A DNA stretch of 64,000 nt, taken from assembly GCA_964355645.1 (NCBI GenBank), contig CAYHDI010000001.1:92897-156896 (forward strand), read 5' to 3'. Position 1 is the stretch's first letter, and each line of letters opens with the position of its first letter. The stretch comes from an uncultured Candidatus Saccharibacteria bacterium. GTDB lineage: Bacteria; Patescibacteriota; Minisyncoccia; Phycocordibacterales; Zambryskibacteraceae. This document shows positions 9,847 through 18,661 of the stretch, in pieces. The notes under the pieces were generated by a model. The model ran no database searches. It was not told the DNA's origin and saw only the letters and a program-made list of their open reading frames with translations. The position numbers were made by a program, and so were the translations under genes.

Positions 9847-10551
9847 CTAATTAGCTTTCAAAGGCTTTTCTGATTCCCCCGGGTTAAAGGCCTTGTAGAA
9901 CAATTCAATCACCTCTTCCGTCCCAAGGCGAGCCACTCGAATTCCCGTACGAATTAATCCTTGTTCAACTACACTCAAACGCTCTTCGAGCTGAGTGCGG
10001 TTCTCTTCGAATCCAGCTTCGGCCACAGCGGATTTTTCTTTTATGCTTTGCCCACCGAAAATTCCACCGAGGCTAGAAATCTTCCCGGCAGAAATTGTGG
10101 CCGGAGAATAAGAAACAACAACAAAAAAGTTCTTGGTCATGATGTTTGTGCTCTCGGTGAAGCTCTTGATGAATTCGATGTATTCTTTCGTTTGAATTTT
10201 CATCAAGTCATTCACCTGCTTTTTCTCCTGTTCTTCAAGCAGGGCGATGTATGGTCGGATATCAAGCTTTCTAGACTGGATGACAATTTGCACAGAAAAA
10301 TCCAGAGAATTTAGGAAGTCTTGAAATTGGAAAATAATCGCATTCTTCTCATCTTCTGATTTCAAAGAGAAGTTGAGGGACGAAGCAAGGAGGATGGCGC
10401 GCATTCCGCCGTCCTTCAAGAGGAGGATGCCGTCGCGAACTTCCTGAATCGGGACAAATTGTTGGGTCGAGTTTTTACTCGGGGACATAGAATCATTATA
10501 TATTAACAATAGACAATGGACTATAAACAATAAACTATAAATAATTAACAA
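9847..10551 (-). CDS. VirB4 N-terminal domain encoded as a separate ORF (likely true start at 10488, MSPSKNST)
   Basis: FVPIQEVRDGILLLKDGGMRAILLASSLNFSLKSEDE aligns with the VirB4 N-terminus (YIGHLSDHIVLLEDGSIMSIARIDGVAFELEE). Its stop codon sits in the centre of a 34-bp perfect palindrome. Confidence 0.6.
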   Translation of the reverse strand: MLIIYSLLFIVHCLLLIYNDSMSPSKNSTQQFVPIQEVRDGILLLKDGGMRAILLASSLNFSLKSEDEKNAIIFQFQDFLNSLDFSVQIVIQSRKLDIRPYIALLEEQEKKQVNDLMKIQTKEYIEFIKSFTESTNIMTKNFFVVVSYSPATISAGKISSLGGIFGGQSIKEKSAVAEAGFEENRTQLEERLSVVEQGLIRTGIRVARLGTEEVIELFYKAFNPGESEKPLKAN

Positions 10552-10574
10552 AATACAATAAACAATGGAATACC

Positions 10575-11033
10575 TTATTGTCTATTGTCTATAGTAACTT
10601 GTTTATTATCCTGTGTAACAGGATTGTTATTATCTCGAATATCTAAACTCCAAGACAAATCTTTGAGCTTGGATTCTGAAAGTTTAGGCACATAAATTTG
10701 TGGGGCTGGCTTATTGTTCATCGCATTTTGTTCATTGTTTATCATTGGCTTCTTTTCCTCTTTCTTCCAAACATAAAGCTTCGAAGAGGTGGAGTAGTGC
10801 AGAAAATCTTCAACCACTTGAATAAACGGACGTTCGTTCACTTTATAAAACGCGAGAGCTGCCCCGAAGACTGCGACAGGTATAGAAAGGATAATGGCCA
10901 CGAACATCGGCAATAGACTGAAGAAGATGACGCACAACCCCACTGCCCCGGCGATATAGATGAATTGTTTGAAGGTCAAAGGCCCGAACAGTTTGTCTTC
11001 AATCTCAATGAATTGAGGTACTTGGAATCGCAT
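10575..11033 (-). CDS. PrgI/VirB3-like T4SS membrane protein
   Basis: MRFQVPQFIEIEDKLFGPLTFKQFIYI, two TM helices, and ...FIQVVEDFLHYSTSSKLYVW match the PrgI family (pCF10 PrgI VRVPKEIREYKEKIIFGLNLRQFICL...YIQSIYRYQTSPKKRYY). Directly upstream of virB4, as in Gram-positive T4SSs. Confidence 0.6.
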   Translation of the reverse strand: MRFQVPQFIEIEDKLFGPLTFKQFIYIAGAVGLCVIFFSLLPMFVAIILSIPVAVFGAALAFYKVNERPFIQVVEDFLHYSTSSKLYVWKKEEKKPMINNEQNAMNNKPAPQIYVPKLSESKLKDLSWSLDIRDNNNPVTQDNKQVTIDNRQ

Positions 11034-11119
11034 GCATTAATGATAACAAAAAAACCGACCAAAATCTGGTCGGCTCCAACGTATAGAATGAAGAAAGTTT
11101 AATAAAGACCAGTCGCAAC

Positions 11120-11644
11120 CTAATGTACGAACAGAAGATAACCAACCACCACAATTATTGCCACGGCTAGTATTTCCAGTGGTGTAGTGGGTATTTCCAC
11201 ATTTGGATAACAGACTGAATGCCACGAATAACCATTCTTGAGAGTAGTTACCTCTTGGTAATCAGGAAATATCGGTAATGAGCATGTCGGGCAATTGTTT
11301 CTTGAAACTCTCAGTGGCCCATTTGAACCACATCCGTGGCACACTGATTCCACTTTTAGAACTCCTTGAGAAGACAGAGCTTTACCACACTCGCAACATC
11401 TTAGAGTTTTTGTAGTGACATTTACTGTACGAATTCTTTCATCCAAACAGCTTGCATGAATGTAGTGGCTCGACCAACCCAAAGGTTCACTTGTACGAAC
11501 CATTTGGTCTAGACGACCCATTTTTTGGCACAACCTACACTTAACATAATCAAAACGTTTTTCTCCACACCTCGGACACTTTTCAGCTGATTGGCTTATA
11601 GAATGTCCACATTTCACACACGGAACGAGTTTTATCGAAGACAT
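11120..11644 (-). CDS. multi zinc-ribbon protein with C-terminal TM anchor
   Basis: Repeated CxxC pairs (CVKCGH...CPRCG, CRLCQ, CCECG, CHGCG, CPTCS) and a C-terminal hydrophobic helix (LAVAIIVVVGYLLFV). A rho-independent terminator follows (GGAGCCGACCAGATTTTGGTCGGTTTTTTT on the minus strand, about 11046-11075). Confidence 0.5.
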   Translation of the reverse strand: MSSIKLVPCVKCGHSISQSAEKCPRCGEKRFDYVKCRLCQKMGRLDQMVRTSEPLGWSSHYIHASCLDERIRTVNVTTKTLRCCECGKALSSQGVLKVESVCHGCGSNGPLRVSRNNCPTCSLPIFPDYQEVTTLKNGYSWHSVCYPNVEIPTTPLEILAVAIIVVVGYLLFVH

Positions 11645-11721
11645 GGGACGCTCCTGGGGTCGAAGAACGTGATTTTCCTATTGACACTTATATCATTTTA
11701 GCGTAAAAAGCACAACACATT

Positions 11722-12342
11722 TTATTCTAGTGGTTCTCTATATGGGTCTTTTCCTCCCGGGTATCCTGCTTGTGGTGTCGGAGGAGTATATGGCTCGGGT
11801 TGTTGTTTTTGAGCTGGGGTTTGAATGGGAGCTTGAACCGGAGGTGTTTGAGTTGGTTTTTGTTGAATAGGAGGAACAAACGGTTTCGTATCGTGTACTG
11901 TTTCGCTCGCTTCAATCATTGGAAGATTTGCTGGTGGAACTTCAAGTTCGGTAGTTTTGGTTGGGGGGAGGCTTTCTAAATCAGGCTTCTCAATGACCGG
12001 TTGTATTTTTTCTTGCTCCACTGAAGATACATCAATTTCTGTTGGAAGAAACGCCATCATTTCTTTGAAAATTCGTTCATTTAATTCCATTGTCACGGCT
12101 TTCGCAAGGACTGGGTCAATTCCTAAACTTGTAGATAAGTTTTTTTCTAAATTACTTAGTAAATCTAAACCAATCAATGCAAACAAAACTTCATTTTCTA
12201 AAGATGTTTTTTGATCTAGTGACAATCCATCTTTTTTTGCTATATCTTCTACTACGGAAACCCATTTTTCTTCAGCAATAAATTTTCTAATTTCTTCAGG
12301 AGCGCTCGTTATTTGCTGTTCTAGTATTTTTGAATCTTCCAT
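11722..12342 (-). CDS. hypothetical protein with Pro/Gln-rich C-terminus
   Basis: 206-aa ORF in the cluster with no motif. Confidence 0.4.
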   Translation of the reverse strand: MEDSKILEQQITSAPEEIRKFIAEEKWVSVVEDIAKKDGLSLDQKTSLENEVLFALIGLDLLSNLEKNLSTSLGIDPVLAKAVTMELNERIFKEMMAFLPTEIDVSSVEQEKIQPVIEKPDLESLPPTKTTELEVPPANLPMIEASETVHDTKPFVPPIQQKPTQTPPVQAPIQTPAQKQQPEPYTPPTPQAGYPGGKDPYREPLE

Positions 12343-12345
12343 AAA

Positions 12346-14685
12346 TTATTCTTTTGGTTTTTCCTCACCACTTTCGGTTGTTTTTTCTTTGGCACCCCCC
12401 TCATCCTTCTTTTCATCTTTGATATCACCCGCTTCTTTAAGTATAGCCTCTAGCTGTTCTTTAACAGGCTTTTTACCCTTTCTCAAATTTGCAGCAGCTT
12501 GAAGTGAAGATTGTTTTACAGCTCCAACAAGAAACACCCTGTCTAGACTCACCAGACCAGGATTTGAGATATTAAGAGCTCGAGATTGCGTTCTAAGTTC
12601 TCCAATCCCTTTAGTTTCCTTTATCGCCTCTCTTCTAGTTTTGTATTCCTCTGAAATGGCCTTTTGAGAAAGAACACTTTGTTTCTTAGCGATTTCAAAT
12701 TCTTGGTTCTTGATTATAAGTTCTTTGTTTAGAGCTTCTTTTTGGGCATCGCTAGCTTTATTAATTTGATTAACGAGATTTTTTACTTGTTCGTCAAGAT
12801 CTTTTTCCTTTTTAAGGTTAGGATCTTTTCCTAGAGCAGTTTTCTCTTCTTCGTTTAAAGCCTTCTGTCTATTATCAAATTCTTTTTTATCAACACCTGT
12901 TAGCTTATCTACCTTTTCTTGAGTACTACGCACTTTCTCTTCAACTCCAGAGCTTGAAACCAATTGTTCAATCCCCCTCTGTCGGCGGGCCTCGTGTGCT
13001 TCTTGTATTGGCTTTGCTTGTTCCTCAAGTTCGGCCATTCGTTTTAATGCTCCAGCACGTGAGTCAACAGAAAGGCTTGGATTTTCAGACAGTTTCTTTG
13101 CTGTTTGTATATCATTTTCTAATTTGACCAAAACTTCTGGTTTTTTTAGAGTCGAGTCAACCGTTGTCGTTGCTGTTGCTCTGACTTTCTTTTCTTTTTC
13201 TTTTGCCTCATCTCGATCTTGTTTTGCTCGATCAATTACAGTATCTGCAGGAGCAAGAGATTTGGCGAATTCCTCTTTTTTCTTTGCTTCGTCTTTTATC
13301 ATTTGTTCACGCCCGCCCTTTCCACCAGCTTTTCCTGCCCCAAGAGAATCGTTTAATCCTGTTCCGCGCAAATCAAAACTTCCCTTCGCAGCCTTACTAG
13401 CAGCCGCAAGTTGTAATCTAGCTCGAATGCTTCCCTCGGCAGCTCTTTTCTTAAGATCTTCATTATTTAAATCAGCAACAGCTTTCGCACCAATAGTCCT
13501 TCGACCGGCGTACCCAACCAACCCAAGCGTGGCCCCTCCTGCAAATCCCATAGCCGCGCCCGTCATTTTACTTACCATTCCCCCCGCTTTATTCGCCATA
13601 TTCTTTGAAAGGATAAGAGTAGCGATGAGGAAAACAATTACCACAACAAAGTTAAACAACAGTGATGCGGAATCCGGGTTTATCACATCTTGTCCGTTAA
13701 CAGTTTTCATTGATCCCGTGAGAGCGTCTGCCAAGGTTCCCGTTCCCTTCGGCATGTGTTGAAAAATATTGATAGTAATCCAAGTTAGCAACATATATAA
13801 AGGAGCGAAGAAAGCTTGATTAAGAAGAGCATCTTTCCACTTTCCCCATACACCCTCAATACCCGGGATGACCCATGAAACAAACGCAATAGGAGAAAGA
13901 ATTAAAACGAAAATAAGAACCACATATCGAATCACAAACATCATGGCAATCGCGAAGAACACGAAAGCAGCAATCAAGGAAACAATTGAGCCCATCACAC
14001 CAATAGTGGCAAGGTTAGAAGGGTCGAGACCGCCAGCCATACTCCAAATTGACTGCAGACTAAGAGGCTCCATCAGAGCATTTGAAAGTCCAGTATTTAA
14101 AATTTGATCTGGTGTGCCGGCTGTGCCGCCTGGTACCATTGCATTATAAAAAGTAACAGCGAGAAGGTTCGAAGCATCTATCACTACCTTGGTAAAGAAC
14201 AAACTAAAGTTAATCAGGATGGCGGCGATGACAATATTTACAATTAGTTTCCTCGTATCTTTCCCCACACCCAAAATCATTTGAATCGAAGCATAGAGTA
14301 ATACAAAGATAAAACCCATGTTGGCTATGTCGCGCAAAGTGCCCCATGCAGTGTCTATGGCTGAAATCTTTCCGTAATTTTCTGCCACATTAACGACAGT
14401 GTAATTAACTACATAATTTAGAATAATTCCCGACAATCCGGTAATGAGAGAGACTATTTTAAGGACAAGAATCGCTATTGGAGTGACAACTGAGCCGATG
14501 ACGTCTGCTCCAGCTTGTTTCCAACCAGAAGGAGTAAGAGGACCACAAGCGGGGTTCAGGTAAGCTAAAGGATTTGATGCTGAACAGTCGTCGGCGTGTG
14601 CAACGTTTGGCCAAACACTTCCCCCTACTCCAAACATAACAATGAAGAGTAAACCAAATGTGATGATATGAGAATATTTTTTCAT
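12346..14685 (-). CDS. VirB6/TrbL/PrgH-like polytopic membrane protein with long charged coiled-coil tail
   Basis: Signal/TM N-terminus, at least 6 predicted TM helices in the first ~400 aa, then a ~350-aa Lys/Glu-rich tail. Architecture and position upstream of prgI-virB4 match VirB6-like proteins. Confidence 0.55.
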   Translation of the reverse strand: MKKYSHIITFGLLFIVMFGVGGSVWPNVAHADDCSASNPLAYLNPACGPLTPSGWKQAGADVIGSVVTPIAILVLKIVSLITGLSGIILNYVVNYTVVNVAENYGKISAIDTAWGTLRDIANMGFIFVLLYASIQMILGVGKDTRKLIVNIVIAAILINFSLFFTKVVIDASNLLAVTFYNAMVPGGTAGTPDQILNTGLSNALMEPLSLQSIWSMAGGLDPSNLATIGVMGSIVSLIAAFVFFAIAMMFVIRYVVLIFVLILSPIAFVSWVIPGIEGVWGKWKDALLNQAFFAPLYMLLTWITINIFQHMPKGTGTLADALTGSMKTVNGQDVINPDSASLLFNFVVVIVFLIATLILSKNMANKAGGMVSKMTGAAMGFAGGATLGLVGYAGRRTIGAKAVADLNNEDLKKRAAEGSIRARLQLAAASKAAKGSFDLRGTGLNDSLGAGKAGGKGGREQMIKDEAKKKEEFAKSLAPADTVIDRAKQDRDEAKEKEKKVRATATTTVDSTLKKPEVLVKLENDIQTAKKLSENPSLSVDSRAGALKRMAELEEQAKPIQEAHEARRQRGIEQLVSSSGVEEKVRSTQEKVDKLTGVDKKEFDNRQKALNEEEKTALGKDPNLKKEKDLDEQVKNLVNQINKASDAQKEALNKELIIKNQEFEIAKKQSVLSQKAISEEYKTRREAIKETKGIGELRTQSRALNISNPGLVSLDRVFLVGAVKQSSLQAAANLRKGKKPVKEQLEAILKEAGDIKDEKKDEGGAKEKTTESGEEKPKE

Positions 14686-16640
14686 CTTGGTTTGTATATG
14701 AATACTTCAGGTTGGCAGGCTGCTGAGGCTACACCACTATTCGCAATAAACGGATCCATATCTCTGACTGTTAGTTTTGCGCTCACATTGCGATCAGTCA
14801 AAACATTATCTTTATCAATTTCGTATAACCTACTCATTGAGATTTTTGTACTTCCATCAGGGAGTTTAGTGATTGTTTGAATAGCTCCACTTGAACCACT
14901 CGCCCAATGTCCATCCCCGTTTGAACCATCACCCCATCTTTGATTTGGATTCCATAGCTCCACTGCGAGTTTATCGTGAGGAGACCCGTATCTTCTCGTT
15001 TGAATAATCATACGAATTCTATCTACTTCTTCCCCAGACCAAACAATAGGATTATTTTTAGCCAAATTCCCTGAACCCCCAGAAACATTTGCCTCCCAAG
15101 TAACCCGAGCCATTCGCATTCTTCTTTCGCCCTTAATATCTATTTCAAACGGTGAGATCTCGTTTGCCAGAGATTCGCCAGTAGTTGAAGTACAGGAATT
15201 AACCACAAGCGGAGCATATTTTGACACCTTCACCCCGGGTGAACAGCTGATAGTTGATGTTTTCATTGTTGGTATAGAAGAATCATCTACAGACAACGAA
15301 GAAGTTATTTTTACCGAAGCCATTTTGTTGCCCTCGCTCGCATATTTCATAACCAGAGAACTACCAGTCGAATTTGCGGGCACATCCGTACCACTCCATT
15401 CATAGGTGTACGAAAGACCTGGTGAATCACTCGCTGTGGTGGTCCATGTGACTGAATCACTAAACACCGCATTATTTTTGTCTGGAGAACAAGTCATGCC
15501 TGATGTCGGATCGACTCCCTGACCAGTGTCAACAGTCCCTGGGTCATAAACTCCATTTCCCGAATCCACATAATCACTTCCTTTTGTGGTGCTATCAAAT
15601 AATCCTGCGGCACTCATAAAGATTTTTTTTGAAAGAGAGCCTACAAGAGCACTGACAATATCATCGAAAGATCTGGCCAATCCAAGATCATCCACACCAT
15701 GCCCGAGAATTTTATTGAGTTGAGTTTCAATCACTGAACCCGGAGTAATAGTTTGAGTGGCGCCGACGCAGCTGTCTTTGCCAGTAGTATTGTCGTGTAC
15801 GGTTGTGCCGAGACATTTGGTGGTAGAAAGAAATCCCTTATTCCAATTAGATTCAAGTGTCGCTAAGCCGGTTTTCTCGGCTATCCCTTGATCAAGATTA
15901 GATTTGGCCTCTAGATACGCTCCATATGGATTATTAGAATCACTTTGGGTCATAGAGAACCACGACTCCCAACCCCCCTCCGAAAAGTTCGTATAAAAGT
16001 TTTCTAGATTGTGCCCTATTCCAGTCAAAGTACATTGCGGATTGTATTCATTGCGCGAAGATTGTTGAAGAGAAAGCACGATTTGAGGTTTAAACGGGGC
16101 ACACAAATTTCCACCCGCCACCTGGCTAAGAAAATCTCCAGCGAAACCATTGGCAATGTCTGCGAAATATTGTCTCGTGTTAGTAATGTATTGCGGTTTA
16201 CCCTTACCATTTATCCATTCCACTGTGCTTTTGGTGAGTTGGTTTACCACTATTTTCATAGCAGCTTTTCGGATTGCGTCCCAACTTGAGAAAGGAACTG
16301 GAATACCCCAAGCGGTAATACCAACCGTTTTATTTTTTAAAGCAGAGGTGGCTTTTTTTGTGGCACAGGCGATACTGTTCTGTTTGCTTACGAGAAGGTT
16401 TGCAGCTACGCTATTTGTTGGGACACTCACAACGGCATTCGTAGTGTTTATAGTACCATCAGTCGTTTTAATCACCGCATCTCCCGTACCATTATTAATC
16501 AAACAAGGATCATTATCATCAAGAATAGCAGTAATTGACGCCGCTCTAACCATACTCGGTAAAAAAATAGTAGGTATAAATACTAGAGTTATGGCCAAAG
16601 AAGAAAATAGTAATTGTTTTCGCCAGTGAGTCTTTTTCAT
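14682..16640 (-). CDS. large secreted protein with PKD-like domain
   Basis: Signal peptide, then a PKD-like motif (SYTYEWSGTDVPANSTG...VKITS). Confidence 0.5.
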   Translation of the reverse strand: MKKTHWRKQLLFSSLAITLVFIPTIFLPSMVRAASITAILDDNDPCLINNGTGDAVIKTTDGTINTTNAVVSVPTNSVAANLLVSKQNSIACATKKATSALKNKTVGITAWGIPVPFSSWDAIRKAAMKIVVNQLTKSTVEWINGKGKPQYITNTRQYFADIANGFAGDFLSQVAGGNLCAPFKPQIVLSLQQSSRNEYNPQCTLTGIGHNLENFYTNFSEGGWESWFSMTQSDSNNPYGAYLEAKSNLDQGIAEKTGLATLESNWNKGFLSTTKCLGTTVHDNTTGKDSCVGATQTITPGSVIETQLNKILGHGVDDLGLARSFDDIVSALVGSLSKKIFMSAAGLFDSTTKGSDYVDSGNGVYDPGTVDTGQGVDPTSGMTCSPDKNNAVFSDSVTWTTTASDSPGLSYTYEWSGTDVPANSTGSSLVMKYASEGNKMASVKITSSLSVDDSSIPTMKTSTISCSPGVKVSKYAPLVVNSCTSTTGESLANEISPFEIDIKGERRMRMARVTWEANVSGGSGNLAKNNPIVWSGEEVDRIRMIIQTRRYGSPHDKLAVELWNPNQRWGDGSNGDGHWASGSSGAIQTITKLPDGSTKISMSRLYEIDKDNVLTDRNVSAKLTVRDMDPFIANSGVASAACQPEVFIYKPR

Positions 16641-17449
16641 ATACTGTTCCAGCCGAAGCCAGGATCGCTTTCATTAAAAATTATACCACTCTCAGAGAAA
16701 TATTGAGCCATTGTAGAAAGAATGATATCTTCATAATCTGAATATTGGCTAAAAGTGCTTATACCACTAATTGCAGACATGGAGTCATTGTTTATCTGAG
16801 CTAATTTTTTTAATGCTTGACCACTCGTTGCATAATTATTAAGAAGTTTAAGATGCAGGTTGGCCAGTTCACTCGGTACGGAGAGTTTAGAAAGTTCGCT
16901 TGCCGCCTTTATATACAAGTCTCCCGTAGCAATGAAACCACTTACGAATGAAGAACTTAACGGATCTGTTGCAAAATTTGCACTCCCGATTTGATTTTGA
17001 CTGTACAAATCCATATATTTTTTTCTAATTGCCCAAAATCCATTGGCATAATCTTTAATTTCTTTTAATGAAGCGTTGTCTACTAAATTCAAATCACTGA
17101 TTTGATACTGAACAGTGGCTTTGGTATCAAGCCCAGAAGCGATATTGTCTGCCAAGTCGGTTATTGTCTGGGGGTTTAGATTACCTGAACTTTGAAGGGC
17201 CGCAAAATTTGCAAAGAGTTTCTGGCTTACCAAATCTGTTTGGTTTGTGACCAAAGCTGATAAATCAGTCGAAAAGGCCGTTTCGTTTATTGAATTGGCC
17301 AAATTGTTTTGTTGGTTAGCGATATTGTCTACGTAGGCAAGCCGGCCATTTATCTTCTGAGTATTGACGAATCTTATGATTATAGAGGTCGCGATTAGCA
17401 CAAAGGCCAAAATGCATGCGATGACAACTTGGGGTTTAGATTTAAGCAT
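16637..17449 (-). CDS. N-terminally membrane-anchored hypothetical protein (VirB8-like topology?)
   Basis: Single N-terminal TM (VVIACILAFVLIATSIIIRFV) followed by a ~240-aa extracytoplasmic domain. Confidence 0.45.
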   Translation of the reverse strand: MLKSKPQVVIACILAFVLIATSIIIRFVNTQKINGRLAYVDNIANQQNNLANSINETAFSTDLSALVTNQTDLVSQKLFANFAALQSSGNLNPQTITDLADNIASGLDTKATVQYQISDLNLVDNASLKEIKDYANGFWAIRKKYMDLYSQNQIGSANFATDPLSSSFVSGFIATGDLYIKAASELSKLSVPSELANLHLKLLNNYATSGQALKKLAQINNDSMSAISGISTFSQYSDYEDIILSTMAQYFSESGIIFNESDPGFGWNSI

Positions 17450-17502
17450 TGTTTCATAAAGTATAGCAAATAATTCATCAAATCGTGATATGATTACTTC
17501 AT

Positions 17503-17877
17503 ATGAAGAAACCCCAAATATTTCTTGCCTCTCTAATTCTTACTTCATACTTCTTGCTCCCTACTTCAGTTCTAGCTGTGACCGGGGTTGGTTTTGGGGG
17601 CCTAGTCTCAGTTTCTGTTCCTTGTACTTGTTCAGGTGGTTTTTGGGTTTGGTTTACCCCCTTGTATATAAATTCGCCTGTGCCGACCACTGGGGCAATA
17701 TATTTCTCTGCTTTTCACACCGTTCCCTATTCTTGGTATGTCTTCGGAGTTCCAGGCACCTTTGAACTCGGGACTTTCACCCCTGGTGTCCAAGAATGTT
17801 TAGTTGCAACCCCCGTAGGCTGTACTATCCTTCCCACACTCGGCTCCATGATTATGGTTGGTACGAGCAAACTCTAA
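17503..17877 (+). CDS. small secreted Cys-containing protein
   Basis: Convincing signal peptide MKKPQIFLASLILTSYFLLPTSVLA and 4 Cys in the mature part. Convergent with rsmA, with a 4-nt 3' overlap. No obvious SD sequence. Confidence 0.4.
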   Translation: MKKPQIFLASLILTSYFLLPTSVLAVTGVGFGGLVSVSVPCTCSGGFWVWFTPLYINSPVPTTGAIYFSAFHTVPYSWYVFGVPGTFELGTFTPGVQECLVATPVGCTILPTLGSMIMVGTSKL

Positions 17878-18656
17878 GCCAAAATTTTCAGTAGTTTCCC
17901 CCAATCCTCAATCTTTATATCTTCCGCTCGGGTGTTTTCGTCCAGCTTTAATTTTTTAAAAGTTTCCAAAACTTTTTCTTTTGGGTAAATGGTCGAAAGG
18001 TTCGAAGAAAGTTTCTTCCTTTTGGATTTAAACCCAGCATGAAGAGCCCCAAAGAATTTTTCTTCGCTAAATTTATTAAAAAACTTTTTGGAAATATTTT
18101 CCACGAGTAATATAGCCGAATCAACCTTCGGTGTTGGGAAGAATGAACCGGCTTTGATCGTCTGAATATATTTTGGTTCGCCGTACGCTTTGACTGAGAT
18201 GGAGAGAATGCTTTCTTTATTGTCCTTGGCCACAATTCTATTCGCCACTTCCTTTTGAAGCATCAAGACCATTCGTTCGGGTTGGTTTTTTGTTTCAAGA
18301 AATTTTCTAATGAGTTGTCCGGTGATGTAATACGGTATGTTGGCGATTAATTTGTAGCCTTTAGCCTTTAGTTTTTTGTTCTCATATTCCAAAATATCTT
18401 GTTCAATTAAATCCAATTTACCATCCTTAATTTCTTTTTTAAATTTTTCTTCGAGATATGCAACGAGCCCGTGATCTTTCTCGATCGCAATTATCTTTCC
18501 GGCAAAAAGCAAAAGCTTTTTCGTCAACATCCCCTTTCCCGGTCCAACTTCGAGAATGATGTCATTTCCGGCGACATCTCCAGTATCAATAATTGTATCA
18601 ACCGCAGATTCGGAAGTGAGAAAGTTTTGCCCTAATGATTTTTTGGCGTATGTCAT
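17874..18656 (-). CDS. rsmA: 16S rRNA (adenine1518/1519-N6)-dimethyltransferase
   Basis: SLGQNFLTSESAVDTIID and ILEVGPGKGMLTKKL (SAM motif) identify the KsgA family. Confidence 0.9.
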   Translation of the reverse strand: MTYAKKSLGQNFLTSESAVDTIIDTGDVAGNDIILEVGPGKGMLTKKLLLFAGKIIAIEKDHGLVAYLEEKFKKEIKDGKLDLIEQDILEYENKKLKAKGYKLIANIPYYITGQLIRKFLETKNQPERMVLMLQKEVANRIVAKDNKESILSISVKAYGEPKYIQTIKAGSFFPTPKVDSAILLVENISKKFFNKFSEEKFFGALHAGFKSKRKKLSSNLSTIYPKEKVLETFKKLKLDENTRAEDIKIEDWGKLLKILA

Positions 18657-18661
18657 AATAT

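Noticed and set aside
13124-13762. 212-aa plus-strand ORF inside the VirB6-like gene
   Set aside because: Antisense to a well-supported membrane protein gene. It is a low-complexity Ala/Ser/Phe-rich translation of the Lys/Glu-rich coding strand.
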